In this document: piece by piece, positions 21,512 through 35,125 of the stretch
Numbering within the stretch: position 1 is the first letter of the stretch
Layout of the letters: every line of letters starts with the position of its first letter
Origin: Massalongia carnosa
Lineage: Eukaryota
DNA length: 64,000 nucleotides
Direction of reading: 5' to 3'
Assembly (NCBI GenBank): GCA_965645245.1
Contig: OZ287071.1
Coordinates: forward strand, 558,001 to 622,000
The notes under the pieces: generated by a model
Seen by the model: only the letters and a program-made list of their open reading frames with translations
Told to the model about the DNA's origin: nothing
The model's database searches: none
Program-made: the position numbers and the translations under genes

Positions 21512-23342
21512 ATGTCAAGAAAAACCGAAATACAAAAGGTGCTCGTAGTGGGGGCTGGCCCAGTTGGTGCACTAGCTGCTCTCTATGCTGCCAGCAGGGG
21601 GGACATTGTTGTAGTCTACGAGCTGCGAGACGGTATGTGAATTGTGTTTCTCATGAAGTAGTTTCTCTTTGTGTTATGAGCTGCAAATGCTCCTATACAA
21701 TAGCGCTTTTCAAAAAGGTAGCATATCCCAATCTGCTCTTAGTTTCGCGTTTCCTTAGCACTATTAAGCTCACACAATAGGTATCACATTTTTTATTCAC
21801 AAGGCACTGATTTTAAAGATCGTTCAGTATGCACGTACTAAAACTCCCTTCGGCTCCTGTTAATTGATTTGTAGACCTTCGAAGTTCCTCTACAACTCCT
21901 CTAAATTTCACCAAGTCTATCAATCTAGCTCTATCAGAACGAGGGATAAACTCCATTAGAAATGCGAAATGCGATGGACTTTTAGAGGGGATACTCGAGG
22001 AGACCATTCCCATGCGTGGCCGAATGGTTCACGGACAAACGAAGGATGGTAAGCTCTTTCAAGAGTCTCAAGATTACGATATAAAAGGTCGAGTATGTTG
22101 TCTTTACTCTCGAATCAAACCTAGAATCCCATTGCTAAATTAGGAAAGTGTATTCGGGCAGTTGATCGTGCTGGCCTTAACAAGCGCCTGCTCGACTCCC
22201 TGGATGAGATGCCCAATGTGACATTATTTTTCAACCATAAGCTCACGGGGGCTAATTTCGCATCGAATACTGCATGGTTTGAACAGTTGGAGCGTACCCC
22301 TAGGACTAACAGCTTCCAAGATCTCATTCGAAGTAGCCAAACTGGAAAGAACGAGGATCGGTTTAAAGAGATATCCGTGCAATTTGATTTCCTTATCGGA
22401 GCTGATGGTGCCCATTCCGCTACACGGTACCACATGATGAAGTATGCGCAGGTCACATATCAACAAGAATACATTGATACACTTTGGTGCGAGTTTCGCA
22501 TTGACCCGAAGCTGCCGGGCCCCTCTTTCGCTATCTCTCCCAATCACCTGCACATCTGGCCTGCCGGCTCATTAATGTTCATTGCCATTCCATCCCTCAA
22601 TAAATCATTCACATGTACCTTGTTTGCTCCAACTTTTGACTTTGTTTCTCTTTGCGCACGCCCAGTGGAAGAACTTCAGTCTTATTTCGCACAAAAATTC
22701 CCTGGGGTATGCCCTGAACTAATTTCTGCCAAAGAACTTCAAATACAATTTCGGCAAAATCCTCATCTCCCTCTAATCTCTATAAAATGTTCGCCATATC
22801 ATTACAATGCTAGTGTAGTGATCCTTGGGGATGCTGCACATGCTATGGTTCCATTTTATGGACAAGGGATGAATGCTGGACTTGAAGATGTGCGGGTACT
22901 TTTCAACTTTCTTGATAAGCATGGTTTATACGAACCCAACATCCAGAACGCTAAAGAGCGAGAGAATATAAGAGCAGAGGCGTTAAATAATTATACAACG
23001 TATCGAACCCCGGATGCTGCCGCTATCAACGATCTGGCTCTTCGTAACTATGAGGAGATGAGATCAGGCGTACAATCGAGGCTTTACAGAACAAGAAAAT
23101 GGGTTGAGGAAAATATAAACCTATACGTCCCTGGTTTGGGTTGGAAGACTCAATACAGCAGGGTAAGCTTCGAAAATGAAAGATATAGCGAAGTGGAAAA
23201 GGCAGTGCAAATGCAGGGTAAGATCTTGATAGGTATACTGGGTTTAGGTTTAATAGGATTGGGAGGATGTTTGGGCTTTGGTTTCTTGAAATACTGCCGC
23301 GGAAAACTGATGCCAATCCCCTTCTCCTGGCTAATTAGGTGA
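21512..23342 (+). CDS. BNA4: Kynurenine 3-monooxygenase (FAD-dependent, de novo NAD synthesis)
   Basis: [13 protein letters not shown] (FAD-binding), [48 protein letters not shown] and a C-terminal TM anchor; introns 21633-21874 and ~22093-22148. Confidence 0.95.
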
Positions 23343-25461
23343 AAGAAAGAGATAACTTGAGTTGAGAACGAGAGGCAACAAGACTTGCAGCCTATACGGG
23401 TATCGCGATGAGAATTGATCAGAGTCTACCTGTCAGGTATCCAGAAGCTTGAAGTGTGGATTTTCAGGCCGCCTGTCAACGCTTTATCATAATCTTTGTA
23501 TAATTAACAAATGGTCAAAATCCGCCTTAAAGATAATGTAGATCGGCAATTTTTGCAACGCGGACATGCTATATTTCTCGTTTTTAGGACCGCTACCAAG
23601 TTCTCCAAGCTTCAAACTAGACTATCTGTGGTTCGTTCCAGGTCAGTCTCATCCCTTTCATCCTGCACTTTGTTGTGGCGCCTTGAGTAGGCTATTTCAA
23701 GGTTTTAGTGCTTATATAACGCTCTTACGCTACGTATATAAACAGTCAGTCAAGTAATGCACTAATCTACCTTTCCTTAAATCTGCTTGCTGGTAGGGTG
23801 GCGTGAGTTGGTTTGATCGATCGCTGAACTATCTATCCAAAGACCTGGGCCGGTCGATACCTAGCTTCTTGAGGCATTTGTATTATTGTTATTCTGGGTA
23901 TTTTCCTTGCTGTTCTTACCATTCATGCCATTCAAGGCTACGTTGCGCCCTAGGGTTGTGCTTTGAATGGGAAGCCAGCGTTTAAAATTCTGCGGACAAG
24001 ATATCGACGTTCTCATTCCGCCGTCAATGTGTCTAGCAAACTAAATACTAATATAGAGAACTTACAACGGAAGGGGCATTGAAGAATTAGGCAAAGGATG
24101 GATAGAAAGTAGGAAACGCCCGAAGGCCTCTCACCCCTATCCACAGGCATATTGCACATTTTATGTTAAGATCGGGTTTTATACTTCTCACAAGTACTAC
24201 TCATTCTGCTTCCCTCACCAGCATATCATATATTATGTACATGTTACGCATATTTTATATATTCTGATCGTACTAATCTCGGAAATATTAATCAATCGAC
24301 AAACAGACTCCAGAACTGGGAGTGCAATACATTGATGGAGGAGAGCTAGCTAATAGCCAGCATCTCAGTATTGAACATCAAACAGTTAATAGATTTAATC
24401 TACTAGTCGTTGCAACGTCTCGAAACTAATTAGATTAGAACTTTTGATGAGTTTGGAACATCACAGAATTCTTGTTGCACACTGCAAAGTGTGTCGTTTC
24501 CGCCTTTGAAAACAATCGATGAATCTTATTGCCAAAGGACTCATTTCCCGGGTTACAGTTTTAGATAACTTGCTATCTTTTAATGACTGCTTCTGCAGCC
24601 CAATCTAGATCCTGTGACAAAAGGTGTGGGTGGGGGCACCTGGAATTGCCATTTTTCGAAATTCACCCCTTCTCTTCACTCCGCCAAATGAGACAGTAGC
24701 AGAAGTCGGACGAGCTCGGCGAAGAAGATGACTGCTGAGACCAGCAGCGATACTAACGACAAGGGAGATGAGTACCATTTTACTAAGAACAGAACAAATA
24801 TGACGAGGATAAGGATAGCTAGAATAACGACAATGACTAAAGACATTGAATAAGGTCACTTGAAGGGTATGTAAAAACTTTACAGACGGTTATATAAACA
24901 CTGCTCTCAGAAAATTAATGAAAATAAGACAAAAGCTGTGCTGAGAATGAGTCCATATCCTCCACTCCTTGAGAAGGGTTTTATGAATCAAAAGCATTTT
25001 AATTGGTTTAATGAAGGTTTGGCAGGTTTATCGCAGTCTAGAATCAAGCTATTAAATATAGCATGTGAAATGACGTGAGTTGCATGTCATTACTTATAAC
25101 AGATTGATCCTGGCACAAGGAATGATTAGAAGCAAGCTACGTAATGGGTATCTATAAGTATTATTTCTATTGTTTCTGAGTGTAGAAAGGGGTTCTTCAA
25201 TAGGCGCCATGCAGCGAGGGATATAAGACATTGATTTATTCGGCGCAGCAACACATTTTATAACTCGGGTTTCCAAGCTAGTGAAAGCAAGCATACTATC
25301 TTCAACTAGGTTCAATTGTGTACATAGTTTTCATTATAAATGCGTATCTCTCAGGTAACTCATCCAGACGATGGACGTGCGGTACTACCGAAATCGCTTT
25401 GACAACATTCTTGATCAGTTGTTCATTCTTGATATGAATACCTTAAGAGCTACTGGCAACA

Positions 25462-26788
25462 ATGCTCGCGCCAACTTTTGCCTTTACTATACCTTCACTC
25501 CAGGATGAGACCTCTCTTGACTGTCGGATTTACCATCCCAACTCACCCTTATCTTCCTCGACAGCTGCGGCTAGGAAATGGAGGCAAAGGGGAGCTATCA
25601 TAGCTCATCCATACACAAGCTTAGGTGGGAGCTATGATGACTGCGTTGTGCTTTCAGCGGTCGAAGAGATTGTAAAGCTTGGAGCTGTGGTCGGAACATT
25701 TAACTTTCGGTCGGTTTACTGGAAAGCTGTCCTTATCCTTACGGCATCTTGTTGGCTGACTAAATTCTAGAGGTGCTGGTTCTTCACAGGGTAGAGCAAG
25801 CTGGACTGGTAAATCTGAGCTTTCGGACTACATCTCGTTCGTTAGCTTTTTTATTCACTACCTCGAGGGCATAAAGCCGCCGATACCAATCGAGCTCTCA
25901 CCAGTCCCGTGGCAAGATACGGAAACTCTATCGCCTATCCAGTCGGACCAATTTAGTCCCTTAAACGATACTAGAGTGGATTCACCAGGAGCGATATTGA
26001 TATTGGGAGGCTACTCATACGGGTCTCTAATAGCTACTCGTTTACCATCAATTAATGTTTTACTAGAACGTTTTAAGAATATATCCAAAGGCACCACAGA
26101 AGCTGAGATTGTTCTTCGAGCAGAGGTTCTTTCACTCCAGTCAAACAGAAAAGCCCATAAACAGAGCGAAGTCTACCGTGGAAGCAGTCATGACCCTCAT
26201 CAGAAGCTATTGGGCTCAGCACACGACACAACCATATCCTTTGGAGGCGATGAAACCGAACCTGGCAGCCGACGATCAAGTCGAGAATCTAAAAGAAGCC
26301 TGGATATAATCCGAAAAAGCGTAGATCGTTCCAGACGACGACTAGGGTTAGGAACGCGCAGTAGCGACTTTGAGCTGGGCTGCACACGCCATGTGAGTCA
26401 CAGGAACATAGCAAAACCGCAAATATATTACCTCATGATATCTCCATTGCTACCGCCGATATCTTTGTTCGCAACCATGTTCTCTACCATTGGTGATTAC
26501 CGTTTTTTTCAAAAATCCAAGTCCTCCAACAATGAGGAATGCCAGAGCACAATTGAGCAGAACGGACCTTTAGCAACCCACCCGACGCTGGCCATTTATG
26601 GAGACAAGGACTTCTTCACGTCTCAAAGAAGATTACGGAGATGGGCTGAGGGGTTGAGTAAACGATCGGATTCTCTGTTTCAATTCCATGAGATTGCTGG
26701 AGCAGGGCATTTTTGGCAAGAAGAAGGGGTTGACGACCAGATGAGAGGCTGCATAAGGAAATGGATGCAAGATATCGTCAAAAATTAG
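25462..26788 (+). CDS. Alpha/beta hydrolase-fold protein
   Basis: AIIAHPYTSLGGSYDD, GTFNFR|GAG, ILGGYSYGSLIA (nucleophile elbow), IYGDKDFFT and GAGHFW; intron ~25710-25770. Confidence 0.85.
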
Positions 26789-27799
26789 GAGAACGCGCGA
26801 AATTTGACCTCCGCAAGCTGCACATACCAAGGTTCGAGTTGATAGTAGAATAAAGCTCTCTATTATAGAAATTATCCTCATCGGTGGCGAAGTTCTCGAC
26901 CCCATATTTTGCAAGGTCAATGATCCGATCTCTCCTAGCAACCCTGCTCTTCTGCTCAAACCAGCTCCTTCAAGTATCGTAGGATATGGACTCCCCTCTC
27001 CCATGCCACGGAGCGTATTTACATACAAGGTTCGATTTTTGCAAAAGCACCTAAAATCTCATTTCTTTTCAAAATTGCGGATAATCCATCTCTTCACCAT
27101 TTCATTCTAGGAGCATAAAATCCGAGTTTAGATCTACCGTGATTATAGCACACGGCCCTCCTTTTCTTTCGCGTTTGGTTTTCTTCTTTGAGACCACCGC
27201 CAACGGTAAACCCTAGAGCTTCAAACCTATTCAGTCAATGGTATAGTCTCCGTACCGCTAACTTGCTTGTAATGTTATTCGCCGCTGCTCATGAATCTTG
27301 ACTCGGCAAGGATGCTTTCGAGCTCGATTTCAGACTGACGCCAGCTGATTGCGCAACCTTGAAAAACCAACTCCTGCGCTGGCTTTTTGTGCTGGTTTTG
27401 GGACTATGTACTGAGACGTTGTTCTGCTTCTCAGTGCGCACGAATTGCTCTATTCTGATGGCAGAGCCTCAGGCTTCTGTGCATTGCGAGCAATGGTGCA
27501 GCCGGATCTAAGGCTGGCGAAGAGGGGCTTTGCCAATGGAGTGAAGGAGGCTCCCGATATTTGCTTCCGTGAAATTCGTAAAGCGACACTCCGTTGCAGT
27601 TCCCGGGGGGTAGCGGAGGTAGAAAACAAATTACCATCCTACCACTAGGCCAGCGCTAACAGGAATCGAACCTATTATGATAAATGAACCGAGGTTATCT
27701 TACGTCACTCTCGGCAGGTTTTTAATACGAGAGGTATCACTCTGTCGTTGCTAGTGATCGCGGCGGTTTAAGCCCAAAAAATACCGCCTATAATTACAT

Positions 27800-27865
27800 T
27801 ATTCGTGCCCCACACTTTCGCTCGGTCGACTCGCTTCGACCGAGCGAAAGTGTGGGGCACGAATA
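27800..27865. repeat. Perfect 30-bp palindromic hairpin with a 6-nt loop and TA at both outer ends (MITE/TIR-only element)
   Basis: TATTCGTGCCCCACACTTTCGCTCGGTCGA (27800-27829), loop CTCGCT, exact reverse complement at 27836-27865. Confidence 0.9.
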
Positions 27866-28933
27866 CCTTATCTTCCGTATGAAAACCTTATCAAGCTAAT
27901 CTTTTCTTTAAATAGGTATGAGTGAAGACCGTTTTTCACAACGCTGCCGAGCTTTATGGGGCGGCCGAACGAGTTTTTTTCTTCCTTCCATTTTCTTTTC
28001 TTTTTCTTTTCTTAAGTTTATATTGTTTGACGAAATTGTGCCCTAGGCGGCGTTGTGGTTCGTTCAATCTCTCGCCTTAATGGCGGGTTAAATGGCAGTT
28101 GAAGCTGCCGAGCTTATGCGAAAGCCGCATCGGGGATCTCCATTCCGCTCCGGATGAGGTGTTCTTCCACAGAACTGCATCATGCATCCGCTGTGAGATG
28201 GGTTAGGTAACCGGTACTCGGTACTCTGTGCATGCGTCGTATTGTGCACCATCCTTGGGACATACTCTGTGGTCGGTTACTGGCGTCGAAGGTTGTCGCA
28301 TGGTGCGAAGGTGGACGTAGCAATCTTCGTTACCGTACATATCGATAATCGATAATCGAAAATTGCTAATTGTTGATAAAGGATCCCGTGATTTGAAGGT
28401 CAGCCCTACCATCCGACAAAAGACGTTTTAGCTTTGACGCCTTTCCACATGAAGCCTCGGCGGGGTCGTGTGTATTCTGATGTTCGGGCATTGGCGAGTG
28501 TAGATGTCATCGTTCTCAGACGGAGCAAGTCGTCCTTTTTATGTTTGCTCCGTGTGCAGAGTACCGAGTACTCTGTACCGAGCAGACGATGTCGGTTCCA
28601 GGCTCTGCCACGTGCTTGATTCCGTTCTTGATCCAAATGAACCAAATTCCTGCTATCCAATTACGTTTAAGACATAAATGACCCAAAAATTGAACCTCGT
28701 GACAACTTCACAAAACAGCCTGTATTCACCATATCCCAACCCCCCGGTCCGCTTCATTGTCATATATCCTACCACAGCTCTATTTCTTTCCTATCCACCT
28801 GCTTCCACCTGCTATTTGGAAGACTGTGCATTAATAAACGCGTATCTTCTACTCAATGGCCCTACTTCCTTGAAGGATAGTTAACCTACACTCCCTTGGA
28901 ACGTTGCACTCGGATGGCTTCTTACCAGACGCA

Positions 28934-31588
28934 ATGTCCGCTTTCCCTTACTTGTCCTTGCTTCAAAGCCTCAGCATTAGACATGGAACCATCTCAACTT
29001 TCGGGATTGCTGATGGACCACAGCAAATCGGTCAGAGACCGCTCCGATCCAAAAGCTCCATAGCAAGTTTAATTCAATTCGTGCGGAACCCTGTGGAGAA
29101 TGTTGTTCAGACCGTGGAGAACTGGTACGAAGGGAGCACAAAGGAGGAGCGCATACGACAGCAGAGCTGGGACGACAAAAAGCAGATATTGTATTTGCAT
29201 CTGCGTAATGTAAGGCATTCATGGTCGGTGTGAAATTGTAGAGTGGTGAAGGACGCTAATTTTTTTGGCTTCAAAGGCCACGAGTTACGAGGAGTGGCAA
29301 GCAGCAGCGGCGGAGCTGGACGAGAAAGAAGGAAATAATGACTGGAAGTGCGTCTTCAATTCGCCCGACTACGACGCAGCGCTCGTCGAAGCCCGGCTGA
29401 AGCAGCTCGAGGAAGCAAGGATCAGCTGCGATGTGGGAAGGATGCTTTTTTTGGTTCGAACATCGTTGACGCGAGGACTGGGAGACATGGGCAACATCAA
29501 ACTCTACAAGCACGCGCATATCGGAACGAAGGACCTGATAGAAAGATACATTGCCTCGGCATTAGAAACCCTGGATGCATTACTAGATATCTCGGCAAGA
29601 GCGAAATGTGACGGTCTTGAAACTCGCCATATACTTGAACAGGTGCTATCCACAAGGCAGGCGTTCGGAAGGAGTGCATTGTTGTTGTCTGGAGGAGCTA
29701 CGTTCGGAATGAATCATATAGGGGTCCTCAAGGCGTTGTGGGAAGCCCGTCTCTTGCCCCGGATCATTTCTGGAGCATCGGCGGGCAGTATCGTCAGCGC
29801 CGTATTCTGCAGCCACACGGATGAAGAAATGCCTGACCTACTCTCAAGTTTTTGCACCGGAGATCTTGCAGTATTTGAAGAGGAAGGGAATGAAGATTCG
29901 GTGCTTCGTAAAGTAGCTCGTTTTCTGAAATTCGGCGCGCTCTTTGACATCTCGCACCTCACCCGGGTGATGAGGGACCTCCTGGGCGAGATGACATTCC
30001 AAGAGGCCTATAATCGAACGAGGAAAATACTTAACATCTGCGTTTCAAGTGCAAGTCTTTACGAGCTTCCACGGCTGCTCAACTACATTACAGCACCGAA
30101 CGTTCTGATCTGGTCAGCTGTGTGAGTGTTGTTACGCCTGGTATGAGACGAGATGCTGACTGAGAAAGGGCTGCGTCATGTTCTGTACCTTTTGTTTTCT
30201 CTGCGGCCTCTATTCTTGCAAAAGACCCGAAGACGGGAGAAGCTGTGCCATGGAACCCTTCTCCTCAGCGATGGATTGACGGATCGGTTGACAATGACCT
30301 CCCAATGACTCGACTGGCGGAATTGTTCAATGTAAACCACTTTATCGTCTCTCAAGTCAATCCCCATGTTGTTCCATTTCTTGTCAAAGAAGAGGATTCA
30401 ATCGCTCAGGATGGGCAACAATCAACTTCTACCGTGGCCGCTGGTCCAACCTGGCTTCACAGCCTCACTCACCTAGCCAAAGGAGAAGCTTTACATCGAA
30501 TGCATCTAATGGCAGAGCTGGGCATCTTCCCCAACACCTTGACCAAAGCCGTCTCCGTGCTGAGCCAAAAATATTCGGGCGACATCACCATCTTTCCGGA
30601 GATCTCATATGCAGACTTTCCTCGCATGCTATCCAATCCCACCCCGGAATTTATGATGCAAGCCCAACTCTCCGGCGAGAGAGCAACGTGGCCCAAGCTT
30701 AGCCGAATAAAAAACCACTGTGCTATCGAGCTGGCCTTGGACGATGCGGTGCAAAAGCTCCGAGCAAGGGTTGTCTTTAGCCCAAGCCAAGTAAACTTAA
30801 GGCTCCGTATCCACCTGAAGACCAGCTCCGATGACAGCAAGGAGGCCAAAGTAAAGGGCGGAAGGAGGAAACGCCCGATCTCGCAAAACAGCGCGCCTGA
30901 TGGAGTGTTTGACGCTCAGCTTTACCCTGCCCAAAACAACAAACTCAGTCGACCGAAGCCTCCAAACATCAAGGAATCCCTCTGCATCGGCACTAGTTTC
31001 TACGAGCCAAACTATTCACCTTGCTCCACCGACGCTACGAAATACCTCACCATCCCTGCAGCCCTTCAACTTCCCAAAATAACTCAGGATCTTACCTCTT
31101 CCGGTGCCGAAACCTCCAACCTAACCACCTCCTCGTCCTCCTCCTCCCTCTCCTTGACCTCCATCACCAATTCCCCGTCTCCCACCTCCCCGCCCTCCCC
31201 TCCTTCCCATCATCTCTTCCAATCCGCTTCTCAACCCGCTACCCCCTCCCATTGCTACCATCATTCCTCCCATTTCCCAGGCCTATCTCTCAAGTCTCCT
31301 CCCCTAAATCCCCTGAACCCAGCAGCTCTTCTCTCAACCCTCTCGATGACGCCCCAAAACCCCATTGTAGCCGCAACACCCACACCTACACCCAGCGCCC
31401 CGGAGTCGAGGTACAAACGCCTCTTTCATCATCACCGCTCGCCTAGTTCGCAAGCTATGTCGGAGCCGGGACAAGCCGAAGAGGGTGGCTCGGGAAAGGG
31501 GAGTGGCGTCACGAGGAATTGGGCGCTGGATCTGGATATCTCGGGGGCAAGAGGCCTTCTTTCGCGGAAGAAGAAGGGTTTGCTTTAG
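28934..31588 (+). CDS. TGL4: Patatin-domain triacylglycerol lipase (Tgl4/Tgl5 family)
   Basis: AFGRSALLLSGGATFG, ISGASAGS (GxSxG), LLNYITAPNVLIWSAV, WIDGSVDNDLP and FNVNHFIVSQVNPH; introns near 29210 and 30122; Ser/Pro-rich tail. Confidence 0.88.
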
Positions 31589-34180
31589 GGGAAGAGGAGT
31601 ATGTGGTTTTCGTTTGGCGTTGTTTTACTTTTTAGGGTTTTCTTTTTTTCCAGCGATGAACAAGAACATTCACCCTTCTGAATGCACACATCGCATTTTT
31701 AAGCAGGCAGAGGATGGAGTACACAATCATGTGAGAGCAGGGAAGACTAGACACCATTGCTGGGTATAACCTGTTTTTTGGGGGTTTTTTTTTCATTCGT
31801 TTCACATAACTACTTGGCTTTCTTTGCTTTCCGTCTGCTTCTCCCACCAGGCGACACATGACGCGAAACCTTGCATATACCTCCGCCTACCTATCTACAC
31901 CTGCATTTGCATTTCCGAAGCAAGCGTGACATGGAAAGGGGAGGAGAGCAAAAGGCGGACCAAGAGAGATAGATAGGCAGTGGATTCTAACCGCATGTGC
32001 ACCATCGAAACGCGAGCAAAATGCTTTTGATGGCAGGCAGGCTGGCAGGCTGGTGAATAACTTGGCCTAGCGTCAGGATTTGGATTTGGGATTGGAGCTC
32101 ATTCTTTTTACCGCGGGGGGGGGGTAAATCAAGGGAGATCCAAGGAATAGTTCTCAATGTTGTATCATTGGCATGATGTTTGGCATGGGTTTTGTTATTT
32201 AAACTGGTGCTTCCGAGCGGATGCTTTGGTGTTGGAGAATAATCTGTGTAAAGAGAGCTGGGGGTTCGATTTTTAAGACAGGACTTGTTTATCTAGCTAT
32301 TATTTTTCTTTTCCTTCATTCCTTATTGGGTTGCGAGTGGTCACATGTGGACATGCGAGATATGTAGATGATCGAGCTAGGGCAGTAGACAGCTTCTCGC
32401 CATTTGTAGCAACACCCCTCCCCTCGTGTGAGGAGGAACAGGTGCACAGTCCCCCACGCCTTAGGGAATAGAGATGGAATGAGAAAATGCCAGGGTAAGA
32501 GGTTGATCCGTGAATCGTTCCAAGCACAAAATCCTGCTGCCCAGTACAAGTCATTCCTACCCAGGTGTCCGGGGAATGAGGATGAAGCAGCCGAGCAATA
32601 GTTATGTGCTGCCTTTTTCACAATCCTCACCACGCCGTTTGCCCCCAATATAATGCCTGTCCGTGAGTTGCGGATACGGTTTGCGTGGTTGAAGAAGATA
32701 CCTCATTCATAGAATTTCCTTCGCGCAGCAACATTGACTATCGCATTCATGGTCCTCGGGCTTCGGATCTAAACTGAGCATCGAGGTACTACTCAGTTGA
32801 CCAGCACGTTAAGGGATGAAACGCACTTCTCCACATGCCTGACTCCCAGCGCTCGCGTGAGCTGAGCGTCTCTCTTGCGAGTTTTACGGCGAAAGAAATC
32901 AAGCTTTCCTGAGTAATATAATAACAATGCTTTCCCTCCGCAAGGGTGCAGTTGTTGCTCCAGGATCGGTCTACGCGCGACAATGGAGATGCCGCATTAC
33001 GTTTTCCGGGTTGGCGTCCTTCGTTATTGCTAGCTCTGTTTCTGGTTGATCCCGAAGTTGGCATTCAGGGTGGGCCTTATCAGTGGTCCATCTTCCTACC
33101 ACTTGTTTCGACAGTCTGACTTTCGGAATGCTATAGTCCCATGGATTGACCAGGACGTCCTCATCAAGAAGACTTGAGTGCGCAGTAAGAATGCAAGCTG
33201 ACGCTTAGATCCGAATCGTCTGCTTGAAAAAACCGAATGATATACGTAGAACGTTGTTAGCACCAGGTGGCTTGCCCGAAATACCTATTTTATGTACCAC
33301 ATCCACAGAACTGGTATTTTCCAAAACATAATAAAGCTGAGAAAATTTTTGCTCGAGCCAATGAACAACGTATCAGCCAAGAAGGACGTGGCAAGGAACC
33401 CCAAACCATAGAGATCATCAAGAGTATTTTTGAGAGATTGTATCGATGCAATGGAGATATAGGAGAGAAGAAGGAAACAAAAGGCGCTCATCCTATATGC
33501 TACAGAAGAAGAAAGGATTCTGAATCTATGGAGCAGGATAAATATCTTTATCGAGAGTTTGAAAACGAGCTTTCCTTGATGCTAGAATAGTCAACAAAAG
33601 GAATAGTCTCAGCGCTTCGACTAAAGCAAGTTGGAGCCTCGTGTTTAGTTTACGATTGCCTGATGGAATGCTTCATGCTTGGCTGCTCGATTCAATCGTT
33701 CGGGGTCTTTCTTGAACGCCCACAACCAGATTCATGTCCGAAATGAGAAACTCCCCTCAACTTGTCTATTCCCAATTTGCTCAACATTGTTTCCAAATGA
33801 GAGAAGAAAACGAATAGCGATCTTCTCTGCAGCATGAAAACAAAAAATTGAAGTGGGAAAAGGTAGCTTCCACGAGCCAAAGACCGGGTTTGCAAAGAAT
33901 ATCAAGGAAGCGGATGAATTGAGAGTAACAATCGGATAAATAGCAAAACCCGGCCCGTGGATCTATGTAGAGATACATATTTAAGAATTAAAGGATAAGT
34001 GAGTCTCTGACAGATATATTGAGTACAAAGTTTCTTGCCGCCATATTCTATTTTCATGTGTTCGTCTTTGTCTATCTCGCTGAGCATCTGACTCAGGCAT
34101 ACAGAGACAGTCTGTTTTGAATATACCCTGTACTCTGTACCGAGTACTCTGTACCGAGTACACATAATACAATACAAAAC

Positions 34181-35125
34181 ATGCAGGATCTTTTCCCACC
34201 CCCCGAGAGCATCCTTAAGGCAACCCAACCCTTCGCCAACCGCCTTGCCCTCCACACCCTCCCCCTCCATGTCCACGAAATCCTACCTGCATTCGGTATA
34301 TACCACTTCATAAACACAATCCTCGCTCCCCGCCTCTCCGCACGCCTCTTCCCCAAGACCTACCCCCAGCTTCCTCCGCGCACAAAAGTCAGTTGGAATG
34401 CGCACATCGTGTCTTTGGTGCAGTCGTGCTTTATCAGTACGGCGGCGTTGTGGGTAATCTACAAAGATGCTGAGCGGGGGCAGATGAATGCCAGGCAGCG
34501 GGTTTGGAGTTATACGGGAGCCACGGGTATGATCCAGGGGTTATCGGCCGGGTATTTTCTATGGGATTTGATGACTGGTGTGCTGGATCAAGATGTGCAT
34601 GGGTTGGGGGTGGTGGCTCATGCGGCTAGTGCGTTGGCCATATCGTCATTGGGCTTCGTGGGTTTCTTCCTCTTCCTTTTTCGCTGGGGTTTCCAAGGGC
34701 TTTGATTGGGTTTGAGCAAGTGCTGACCCTTTTCTTTCTTCTAGCGGCCTTTCCTCAACTACTACGGGTTAAATTTTATCCTATACGAGCTCTCCACCCC
34801 TTTTCTCAACATCCATTGGTTTATGGACAAGCTCGGTATGACAGGCTCCAAGGCCCAGCTCGTCAACGGTATCGTTCTCATCGCCACCTTTGGAGGTAGC
34901 CGGTTAGTTTGGGGAACCTACCAGTCGGTAAAAATGTATCAGGATGTCTGGCTTGCCCTGAAAACGCCGGGGGAGTTGCCGGTTCCGCCATGGCTGGCAT
35001 TGTCGTACCTGGCGAGCACGATCGTGCTGGGTGTCTTGAATTTCTACTGGTTTGGAAGGATGATCAAGACAGTTAGCTCAAGGTTTCGAAAACCTAAGCC
35101 TAGTTTTGGCAAAAGAGACGAGTAA
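34181..35125 (+). CDS. TLC (TRAM/LAG1/CLN8) domain membrane protein, DUF887-like
   Basis: WNAHIVSLVQS, GYFLWDL, RPFLNYYGLNFILYELSTPFLNIHWFMDK and LNFYWF; intron ~34658-34744. Confidence 0.88.
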
